DNA of 64,000 bases from Paludibacteraceae bacterium (GTDB taxonomy: Bacteria > Bacteroidota > Bacteroidia > Bacteroidales > Paludibacteraceae), in assembly GCA_045630805.1 (NCBI GenBank), contig JAZQTO010000001.1, positions 624-64,623 on the forward strand, in the 5' to 3' direction. The notes beneath the pieces were generated by a model, which ran no database searches, had not been told where the DNA came from, and worked only from the letters and a program-made list of their open reading frames with translations. The translations under genes were made by a program, and so were the position numbers. Positions 1 to 8,900 of the stretch are shown piece after piece. The stretch's first letter is position 1; each line of letters opens with the position of its first letter.

Positions 1-22
1 ATATACGTAATTGACAAGGCAA

Positions 23-796
23 TTACAAAGCGGAATCGAGAATCATCATCAGGACAAAACCTGCAGTGAAACCGAGTGTAGGGATATTGCTATGTGGTTC
101 GGTTTGGGCTTCTGGGATCAATTCCTCCACCACCACATACATCATCGCACCCGCAGCGAAAGCCAAGAGATAGGGCAATGTAGGTGCGATGAAACCGATA
201 AGAAGTATCGTTAAAACCGCAGCAATCGGTTCAACTATACCCGAAAGAGCGCCAATTAAGAAGGCTTTGCCTTTACCCATTCCTTCTGAGTGAAGCGGCA
301 TAGATAAGATTGCCCCTTCAGGGAAATTTTGTATCGCCAAACCTATCGCTAACGCCCATGCAGCGGACATGGGTATCATACTACCTTCAGCCATGGCGCT
401 AGCAAGGATCACACCGACCGCCATACCTTCAGGGATATTGTGCAAAGTAACAGCCACAGCCAGCATAGTTGAGCGATTCCATCGGCAGTTTTGGGTCAAA
501 CCCTCGGGAGTATCCGAACCAATATGCAAGTGAGGGATAAAAGTGTCTAGCAACAACAAGAATAAGATACCTAACACAAAACCAACCGCAGCTGGCAACC
601 AACTCACACCTCCCGTTTCCGCTCCCATCTCTAGGCTAGGCAAGAGCAACGACCAAACGCTAGCCGCCACCATCACTCCCGAGGCAAACCCCAAAAGAAG
701 TTTATGCAAGGAACGAGCCATGGATCCTCGCACAAGAAAAACCATCGCCGCACCCAGAACGGTGCCTAAGAAAGGGAGGAGAAGGATTGGAGGCAT
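23..796 (-). CDS. zupT: ZIP-family divalent metal (zinc) transporter, ZupT-like
   Basis: 257-aa polytopic membrane ORF. Two HNxPEG-type motifs (LHNIPEGMAVG, IQNFPEGAIL) are characteristic of ZIP/ZupT. Confidence 0.8.
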   Translation of the reverse strand: MPPILLLPFLGTVLGAAMVFLVRGSMARSLHKLLLGFASGVMVAASVWSLLLPSLEMGAETGGVSWLPAAVGFVLGILFLLLLDTFIPHLHIGSDTPEGLTQNCRWNRSTMLAVAVTLHNIPEGMAVGVILASAMAEGSMIPMSAAWALAIGLAIQNFPEGAILSMPLHSEGMGKGKAFLIGALSGIVEPIAAVLTILLIGFIAPTLPYLLAFAAGAMMYVVVEELIPEAQTEPHSNIPTLGFTAGFVLMMILDSAL

Positions 797-830
797 TGTG
801 GTTAGTGGACGCTTCGCTACTGTTTAGTGT

Positions 831-1910
831 TTAGAGGGTTATGATTCGGTAGGCGAGATAGGCAGCATAGGTAAGCAGCAGAATGGCTCCATGCCAACGC
901 TTGATCTCGTGCTTCTTGGTGAGATACACAAAGAGCATCACCAAGATACTACCCAAAGCAGCCATCATGGCATCTATCTCCAGTCCGTGGTAGCCAGGCA
1001 ATGGCATAACGCAGGCGCTCGTACCAAGGATAAAGAAGATATTGAAGATATTGCTACCGATGACATTGCCAAGTGCAATATCGCAGTTCTTCTTAAATGC
1101 CGCCATACAGGAGGTTGCCAATTCGGGCAGAGATGTACCCAAAGCCACTACGGTCAAACCGATAATTGCATCACTTACGCCAAGCGATTGAGCGATAGAG
1201 GTGGCACTCTTGACAATCACCTCTCCACCCACGACCAAGCCTACCAAACCGCCTATAATGAGTGCAAGCGCGCGACGAGCAGACATAGGTTTGTATTCTT
1301 CGTTGCTCTCCGTTTGTGGGGCACTACCAATACCTTTGAAGTTATGCCAAAGGAAAATCAGGAAGAAGATAAGCAGAATACTACCACCTACACCCGAAAT
1401 AAATCCACCATTGCCTTGTCCCATTTGGATAGAGCCTAAGTCGCTAAGGGTTGGGTCGGCAATATTCATATTGAATATATGCTCGATTTGCAACCACGAT
1501 GGGCTATTATATATGGCAAAAAGCAATACGAGAATAGCTGCCAGAAGACTGAATGGAATGTCAAAACGGCGAGTGGATTTTTGCGATGAAATCGGGAAAA
1601 TGAGTGCAGTGAAGCCCAAAATCACGAAGATATTGATGATATTGCTGCCCAGAACATTGGTGATAGCAATCTCGGTGCTACCTTGCCCTACGGCTACCAT
1701 ATTCACCACAAACTCAGGCATACTGGTGCCGAACGCCACAACGGTAAGACCGATCACGATGTCGCTCACGCCGTATTTCTTTGCCAAAGCAGAAGCACCC
1801 TCCACGAGCCAGTCAGCACCCTTGATGAGTGCTGCACAGCCAATGATAATCAATGGGATTGCTACCCAAAAGCTGCCGTTGGCAAGCCAGTTATTTATAA
1901 AATCAAGCAT
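831..1910 (-). CDS. Ca2+/Na+ antiporter (CaCA family, YrbG-like)
   Basis: 359-aa membrane ORF with the two alpha-repeat signatures GTSMPE and GTSLPE, separated by a hydrophilic loop. Confidence 0.85.
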   Translation of the reverse strand: MLDFINNWLANGSFWVAIPLIIIGCAALIKGADWLVEGASALAKKYGVSDIVIGLTVVAFGTSMPEFVVNMVAVGQGSTEIAITNVLGSNIINIFVILGFTALIFPISSQKSTRRFDIPFSLLAAILVLLFAIYNSPSWLQIEHIFNMNIADPTLSDLGSIQMGQGNGGFISGVGGSILLIFFLIFLWHNFKGIGSAPQTESNEEYKPMSARRALALIIGGLVGLVVGGEVIVKSATSIAQSLGVSDAIIGLTVVALGTSLPELATSCMAAFKKNCDIALGNVIGSNIFNIFFILGTSACVMPLPGYHGLEIDAMMAALGSILVMLFVYLTKKHEIKRWHGAILLLTYAAYLAYRIITL

Positions 1911-1921
1911 TGTTTTTATTG

Positions 1922-2091
1922 TTTAGATCGTTCGCGTTGCTCGCTGTAGATCGTTTCACTGTAGATCACTTCGCTTCGCTCGTTGTAGATCGCTCGTTAT
2001 ACTCGCTGTAGATTATTGTAGTAGTCTACAGGCGAAGCCGATCTAAGTTCTACAGGCGCTTTGCGCCGATCTACAGCCCGCAGGGCGATCT
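1922..2091 (+). repeat. GATC-dense palindromic intergenic repeat, copy A
   Basis: The left arm carries 4 x (c)tgtagatc plus one degenerate unit (gtagatt). The right arm carries gatctaca(g)-type units. About 97% identical to 3212-3381 by eye. An inverted, diverged copy lies at 50355-50492. Confidence 0.85.
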
Positions 2092-2093
2092 GA

Positions 2094-3200
2094 TTATACG
2101 TTAAACAAGAAGTGCATGATGTCGCCGTCTTGTACGACATACTCTTTGCCCTCTATGCCGAGTTTACCTGCTTGACGGCAAGCGGACTCGCCACCGAGTG
2201 CGATATAATCATCATATTTAATCACCTCTGCACGGATAAAACCACGCTCAAAGTCAGAGTGAATCACACCAGCACATTGAGGCGCTTTACTACCTGCCTT
2301 GAAGGTCCAAGCACGTACTTCATCGCTACCTGCGGTGAGGAAAGTGCGAAGCTCAAGCAAAGCATATGCTGCCTTGATAAGGCGGCTCACACCTGACTCA
2401 GAAAGTCCGATTTCATCGAGGAACATCTGACGCTCTTCGTAAGTCTCGAGTTCGGCAATCTCGCTCTCAATCTTAGCAGCCACGATGAGCACTTGTGCAT
2501 TCTCGTCCTTGACTGCCTCGCGCACTTGCTCTACGTATTTATTGCCGTTGACAGCAGAGTTCTCGTCCACGTTGCAGACATAGAGCACAGGTTTGCTAGT
2601 GAGGAGCATTGTCTCTTTAGCCACGAGTTCTTCGTCCTTGTTGATGAGTTCTACGGTACGAGCAGACTTGCCTTGTGAGAGCGCCTCACGGTACTTGAGG
2701 AGTACATCGAGTGCCACTTTGGCTTGTTTGTCGCCACCTACACGCACTTGTTTCTCGATTTTTTGGATGCGAGATTCTACCGTCTCAAGGTCCTTGAGTT
2801 GGAGCTCTGCATCAATGATATCTTTGTCTCGGATAGGATCCACAGAGCCATCTACGTGTACTACGTTATCGTCGTCGAAGCAACGGAGTACGTGGATGAT
2901 GGCATCCGTCTCACGGATATTCGCGAGGAACTTATTTCCAAGTCCTTCGCCTTTGCTTGCGCCTTTGACCAATCCCGCAATATCTACGATTTCAACGGTA
3001 GTTGGGATCACACCGCGCTCTGGTTTGCAGAGTTCGCCAAGCTTAATAAGTCGCTCGTCTGGTACGGTGATCACACCTACGTTTGGTTCAATCGTACAGA
3101 AAGGGAAGTTCGCCGATTGTGCCTTGGCATTGCTAAGGCAATTGAAGAGGGTCGATTTGCCTACGTTAGGCAGACCCACGATTCCACATTGTAAAGCCAT
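2094..3200 (-). CDS. ychF: Ribosome-binding ATPase YchF
   Basis: P-loop GIVGLPNVGKSTLFN, TGS-like C-terminus and YchF-typical length. I prefer the start at MALQCGIVG (ATG at 3198-3200). The 16-codon upstream extension in the ORF track runs into the repeat element. Confidence 0.93.
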   Translation of the reverse strand: MALQCGIVGLPNVGKSTLFNCLSNAKAQSANFPFCTIEPNVGVITVPDERLIKLGELCKPERGVIPTTVEIVDIAGLVKGASKGEGLGNKFLANIRETDAIIHVLRCFDDDNVVHVDGSVDPIRDKDIIDAELQLKDLETVESRIQKIEKQVRVGGDKQAKVALDVLLKYREALSQGKSARTVELINKDEELVAKETMLLTSKPVLYVCNVDENSAVNGNKYVEQVREAVKDENAQVLIVAAKIESEIAELETYEERQMFLDEIGLSESGVSRLIKAAYALLELRTFLTAGSDEVRAWTFKAGSKAPQCAGVIHSDFERGFIRAEVIKYDDYIALGGESACRQAGKLGIEGKEYVVQDGDIMHFLFNV

Positions 3201-3211
3201 ATATTCTAGTT

Positions 3212-3381
3212 TTAGATCGCTCGCGTTGCTCGCTGTAGATCGTTTCACTGTAGATCACTTCGCTTCGCTCGTTGTAGATCGCTCGTTACACTCGCTGTAG
3301 ATTATTGAGGTAGTCTACAGGCGAAGCCGATCTAAGTTCTACAGGCGCTTTGCGCCGATCTACAGCCCGCAGGGCGATCTG
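3212..3381 (+). repeat. GATC-dense palindromic intergenic repeat, copy B
   Basis: Near-identical to copy A in the same orientation. It fills the ychF-gpmI spacer. Confidence 0.85.
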
Positions 3382-3386
3382 TTTTA

Positions 3387-4916
3387 TTAATTCTTAATAA
3401 GATTATGTCCTGTCATTTCTGCTGGTTGCTCTACGCCGAGGATGTGGCAGAGCGATGGAGCCACATCCGCGAGGATACCATCTTCCAATTGCGCATCGGT
3501 GTGCTCTTTGCTTACATACACGAATGGCACAGGGTTGAGTGAGTGCGCGGTGTTAGGTGAACCGTCGGCGTTAATCGCGTTGTCGCAGTTACCGTGATCC
3601 GCAATGATGATGATCTCGTAGTCATTCTTGAGAGCAGTAGTCACCACTTTATCTACGCATTCATCGATCGTTTTAACCGCTTTCTCAATAGCCGCATACA
3701 CGCCGGTGTGACCCACCATGTCGCCGTTGGCGAAGTTGAGGGTGATATAGTCGTACTTTTGTGTATCGAGTGCCTCGCAGAGTGCCTCGGTCACCTCAGG
3801 AGCAGACATCTCAGGTTGGAGATCGTAGGTAGCGACCTTGGGGGATGGAATCAAGATACGCTCCTCGCCTGCGTACTCTGCCTCGCGGCCGCCGTTGAAG
3901 AAGAAGGTCACGTGTGCGAACTTCTCGGTCTCAGCGATACGGAGTTGCTTCAATCCTGCGTTGCTAACGATTTCGCCCATGGTGTTTTGTACGTTCTCTT
4001 TGGGGAAGAGGATGTGCAAGCCTTGGAAGGAAGAATCGTATGGGGTCATACAATAGTATTGCAAGTTAGGGATGATGGTCATACCATTCTCAGGCATGTC
4101 TTGTTGGGTGAGCACGATGGTGAGCTCTTTCGCGCGGTCATTACGGTAGTTGAAGAAGATCACTACATCGCCTTCCTCGATGGTAGCCACTGGCTTGCCA
4201 TTACGAACATGTACGATTGGCTTAATGAACTCATCGGTTACGCCTTCTGCGTAGCTCTCTTCTACGGCCTTGAGCATATCTTCAGATGCTTTGCCTTCAC
4301 CCTTAACGATACAGTCGTAAGCCACTTTCACGCGCTCCCAACGTTTGTCGCGATCCATAGCGTAGAAGCGACCTTGGATAGACGCGATCTCGCCGCAGCT
4401 AGTAGCCAAGTGTTGTTGGAGTTGGTCGATGAAACCGAGACCAGACTTAGGGTCGGTATCACGACCATCCATAAAGCAGTGGATAAAGGTTTTGCCGTCT
4501 AATCCGTAAGTTTTAGCAATATCGCAGAGGTAGAACAGGTGGTCGAAAGAAGAGTGTACACCACCGTTAGAGGTCAATCCCATGAGGTGGAGTTTCTTGC
4601 CAGTCTCTTTGGCATAACCGAAAGCAGATTTGATTTCTGGGTTTTCGAGAATGCTACCGTCTTTGCAAGCACGGTTGATCTTTACGAGGTCTTGATACAC
4701 CACGCGACCAGCGCCGATGTTGAGGTGACCTACTTCGGAGTTACCCATTTGTCCATCAGGCAAACCTACATTTTCGCCACTAGCTTGGAGTTGGCTGTGT
4801 GGGTACTTCTCCAACAATGCGTCCCAATGTGGGGTTGGAGTGCAAGAGATAGCGTCGGCTTGTGATTTGTTTCCGATTCCCCAGCCGTCGAGAATCATAA
4901 GTAATGCTTTTGACAT
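3387..4916 (-). CDS. gpmI: 2,3-bisphosphoglycerate-independent phosphoglycerate mutase
   Basis: 509 aa. The N-terminus LMILDGWG...[13 protein letters not shown] and the C-terminal ADHGN motif are typical of iPGM. Confidence 0.95.
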   Translation of the reverse strand: MSKALLMILDGWGIGNKSQADAISCTPTPHWDALLEKYPHSQLQASGENVGLPDGQMGNSEVGHLNIGAGRVVYQDLVKINRACKDGSILENPEIKSAFGYAKETGKKLHLMGLTSNGGVHSSFDHLFYLCDIAKTYGLDGKTFIHCFMDGRDTDPKSGLGFIDQLQQHLATSCGEIASIQGRFYAMDRDKRWERVKVAYDCIVKGEGKASEDMLKAVEESYAEGVTDEFIKPIVHVRNGKPVATIEEGDVVIFFNYRNDRAKELTIVLTQQDMPENGMTIIPNLQYYCMTPYDSSFQGLHILFPKENVQNTMGEIVSNAGLKQLRIAETEKFAHVTFFFNGGREAEYAGEERILIPSPKVATYDLQPEMSAPEVTEALCEALDTQKYDYITLNFANGDMVGHTGVYAAIEKAVKTIDECVDKVVTTALKNDYEIIIIADHGNCDNAINADGSPNTAHSLNPVPFVYVSKEHTDAQLEDGILADVAPSLCHILGVEQPAEMTGHNLIKN

Positions 4917-4987
4917 AGTTGTATGTTATTTTAGTTATTTTCCGTAGTTTTCATAGCCGCCTTGTCGGCACTATAACAAAAATCATG

Positions 4988-4995
4988 CAAAGGTA
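4988..4995 (-). promoter_or_regulatory. Bacteroidota -7 promoter box (TACCTTTG) for gpmI
   Basis: The reverse complement of 'caaaggta' lies 72 nt upstream of the gpmI ATG. Confidence 0.5.
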
Positions 4996-5093
4996 CAACA
5001 AAAATTGCATATATGCAAATTTTTAAGCAAAACTATACAAAAATGGAGCACTTCATGTGAAATGCTCCATATATCAAGTTTGCAAAGTAGTGT

Positions 5094-5759
5094 TTATCGA
5101 ACGTATTTTTTGAGGATTGGTAGGATCACACCTTCCATCACGGTATAACCATCAGGATTAGGGTGAACACCATCTTTTGAGTACTTAACTGGCAAGCCAC
5201 CTTGATCATCTACGAGTGCAGAATAGTAGTCCACGTAAGGGATTTTATTCTCTTTGGCATACGCCTTGATCATCTCGTTGAGTTTAACAATATCCTGTGC
5301 AGGCTGAAGGTCAGGACGCCACTTAAAACGATTGGCAGGAAGTGTAGAGCAAACGATAGGTTTGATACGATGGAATCGGGCCAAATCGCACATTGACTTG
5401 ATGTTTTGCAAGATATGTTCGTGGGTAATAGGACCATTGTTTTCAGCAATATCATTGGTACCACAAAGGATAACAACTACCTGAGGTTTGAGATTGATTA
5501 CATCTTCTTGAAAACGAACGAGCATTTGCGAAGACACTTGACCACTAATACCACGACCCAAGAAATGATTAGCAGTGAAAAACTCGGGGTGAGCATCTGG
5601 CCAACAATCGGTAATCGAGTTACCCATAAACACTACTTTAGGTTGATAGGCGAGAGAATCGTTTTTACCCTCATAGCGATAGAACTGTGCCCAATCTTTG
5701 TTGGTAGCATAGAGTGTAGTTGCTACCATGATGAGCGAAAGAAATAATAAGCGTTTCAT
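5094..5759 (-). CDS. SGNH/GDSL-family hydrolase (secreted esterase/acylhydrolase)
   Basis: Blocks FMGNSIT (Ser nucleophile), GTND and DGVHPN. Signal peptide starts at MKRLLFLSLIMV. An alternative upstream start lies at 5798. Confidence 0.8.
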   Translation of the reverse strand: MKRLLFLSLIMVATTLYATNKDWAQFYRYEGKNDSLAYQPKVVFMGNSITDCWPDAHPEFFTANHFLGRGISGQVSSQMLVRFQEDVINLKPQVVVILCGTNDIAENNGPITHEHILQNIKSMCDLARFHRIKPIVCSTLPANRFKWRPDLQPAQDIVKLNEMIKAYAKENKIPYVDYYSALVDDQGGLPVKYSKDGVHPNPDGYTVMEGVILPILKKYVR

Positions 5760-5908
5760 TATCAGTATTTTTAAGATTTTTATACTATTTGTTTGCAAAA
5801 CGGCGCAAAATTACTATTTTTTTTTGACATATACAAGAAAACGTTTGCGTATTACGAAAAAAAGCAGTAATTTTGTCGCGTAAATTGAAATAACAAACAT
5901 CTCAATAC

Positions 5909-8900
5909 ATGAAAAAGACCTTTCTACTTCTGAGCCTGCTTTTTAGTGTGGCAGTTTCTAGTCTCTATGCGGCTAGTCCAAAAGATGAATTTCGTGCTAC
6001 ATGGTTAGCAACAGTATTTAGTATTGACTGGCCTAAAACGTCAGCGACTACTACAGCCAATCGTACTGCACAGCAAAAAGAATTGACCGATATCTTCGAC
6101 AAGATGAAGGCGGGCAACATGAATGCCGTATGCTTGCAAGTTCGTGGTCGTTCTGATGCATTCTACAAGTCCAGTTATGAGCCATGGGCTGCCGAATTGG
6201 CAGGTAGTCGTGGCAAAGACCCTGGTTATGATCCATTAGCGTTTGCCATAGAGGAAGCGCACAAGCGCGGTATGGAGTTGCACGTATGGGTGAACCCATT
6301 TCGTGTGACGAGTTCGGGCACCATCTCCACAAGTGATAAAGTGTGGCAGAACGCTGGTCAATGGATTATCAAGTATAATAATGGTACTTTTACTGGTCAA
6401 ATTATTGACCCAGGTTATCCTGAGGCACGTGAGTATGTGTTAGATGTGTTGATGGAGATCGTGGAGAACTATGATGTGGATGGTATCTTGATGGACGACT
6501 ATTTCTATCCCTATGGAGGAACAACCACAGAGGATGCTAAGTCCAAGTCCTTACATAAACCTTCCTCTGGTCTTATAGATCAAGACAAAGACGGTTCTAC
6601 CGACGATGATTGGCGCCGCAGCAATGTGGATGATATGATGAAGAAGTTGTATGACCGCATTCAAGCAACCAAACCATGGGTGCGTTTTGGTATGGGCACC
6701 TTTGGTATCTGGACCATGAAATCTGCTGTAGCAAGCGCTTATGGTATCTCGTTGCCAAGTGGTATCACAGGTTTGGATGACTACGAGGAGCAAGCTTGTA
6801 ACCCTGTAGAATGGGTGAAAGGTGGCTATGTGGACTATATCAACCCACAATTGTATTGGCCAACCACATCAACAGGTCAAAGTTACGAAAAACTCGTTAA
6901 ATGGTGGGGACAAGATGTATGTCAACATTTCTCTGATTTACTTCCAGGAAAGCAAAAAGTACACTTCTTCTCTAGCCAATCATGTAGCAGCAATACCGCT
7001 TCTTCAGAGATCATCAAGCAGATTGATCTTAATAGAAAGTACTTGTCTTCAGGCTATACCGGTTCGGTCTTCTACAATACCACAGCCTACTTGAAGATGT
7101 ATAGCGCATTGACTTCGCGCTTTGATTACAAGGCACTTCCGCCAGCTATGGATTGGAAGTCCACCGTTGCTTTAGGTGCTCCTGAGAACTTGACTTTGTC
7201 AGGTACCACCTTGATGTGGTCGCACCCAAGCGCAACACGTTTTACGGTATATGTGTATCCTAAGACTACAACTCTAGAAACTGCCAAGACTAATCCTGCG
7301 TATTTGAAAGGCATCGTGTATGGCAATAGTTATAGTGTGAGTGGAATTGACTTGAACAGTTACAATGTAGCGGTGTATAGCTATGACCGTTTTGGTGTAG
7401 AGCATGCTGCTGCGGTATATGGCGAGGGTTCGACCGATCCAGGCACCAATCCTAATCCAGATACAGGCAAAATCACATGGGAACTGAATGGTGGTGAGGT
7501 AAAGACTGTGACAGTAACTGTGCCAAGTATTTCAGATTTAGAGATGCAATTCAAGAATGATTACAATACCTATTTTGGAACATCTTTAGATGTATCACGT
7601 GATCTTACAGGTTTCTTGTATGCTGGTTGCCCAACCAATGGCGGCAGTAATCTCGTGTATAATATGATGAATGCATCTAACTATGATTGGGCATGGTTGC
7701 GCGACTATATCATAGAAAAGTCTGCAAGCAATACAACAATTCAAGCGGCTTTGCAATCTGGTACTGATGCATATTGGCGATACAGTTTGGTTGCATTCTT
7801 TAGTGCAAGCGCTGGTACTAATTCAGAATATACAGTGGATTTCTCAATCGCAGGTCAGTCTTCCGTATGGGGACCTGTATATCAGACAGCACATGGTGCC
7901 GTGTCATTGCCAACCTATGTCACCAGCACATATACCTTGCCTACCCCTACTCACCCACAAGGATATACTTTCTTAGGTTGGTATGATAATCCTGAGTTTA
8001 CAGGTAGTCCTCTAACCACAATTCCAGCGGGTTGGACAGGAACATTGTATGCAAGATGGGATACAGGTTCTACCGACCCAGTAGATCCAACTAAAGAGGT
8101 CATTTTTTGGGAACTTAACGGCGGACATGTACCCGCTGAAGTGCCTTCTAACTTGGAATTATGGGAGGCATTCAAACCTTATTACAAATCTTATTACAAC
8201 ATTGAGCGATCAGATATGCCTATAGAGAAGGTGGCTACTTTTGCCAATGAGAAGATGCAAGATATCATGACCAACAGCGCATCAGAGTATAAGTGGTTGG
8301 GTGATTATATCCTTACCATTGCTCCTGGTATCTCAGGTGAGAGTGCTTGGCGTTGGCATGTGCATGCGTTCTTCAACTGTAATGACGGAACGGTGAGCGG
8401 CAATCAATTGGTAGCAACCGCTAATTTCTCTGTGGCTGGTCAACCAAGTGAATGGGGCAACGCATATCAGAAAGTACATACTGCTGAGCTACCTAAATAT
8501 GTAACAACTACCTATATTTTACCTAATGCCCTTAAAGAGGGGTTTACTTTTGAGGGTTGGTATGATAATGCGGGGTTTACAGGCTCGGTCTTATCATCGA
8601 TTCCTGCAGGATGGGAAGGAACATTATATGCCAAGTGGGCAGAAGCAAGTACGGAACACCCACAGGTGATTTTTTGGTTCCTAAATGGCGGAACGGTCAA
8701 TGTAGAATTGCCTAAGTATGTGACAGAAGATTATACCTTACCTATACCTACGCGCGCAGGATACGTGTTTGAAGGTTGGTATAGTAATTCTAATTTCACT
8801 AGTTCGGAGATCACATTAATTACAGCAGGATGGGAAGGTTCTTTATATGCCAAATGGACAGAAGAAACACCTGAAGAAGTGATTTATTGGGTACTAAATG

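Noticed and set aside
1201-1926. 241-aa plus-strand ORF (and 891..1439) overlapping the antiporter gene
   Set aside because: It is antisense to a well-supported CaCA transporter CDS. The translation is low-complexity with no recognisable motifs, so it is a shadow ORF.
3201-3248. 16-codon N-terminal extension of ychF (MKRSTASNASDLKLEY)
   Set aside because: The extension is encoded by the GATC-dense repeat element. YchF homologues begin at the MALQCGIVG-type sequence just before the P-loop.
3594-4502. 302-aa plus-strand ORF inside gpmI
   Set aside because: It is antisense to a canonical iPGM gene and has no motifs. It is a typical codon-bias shadow ORF.
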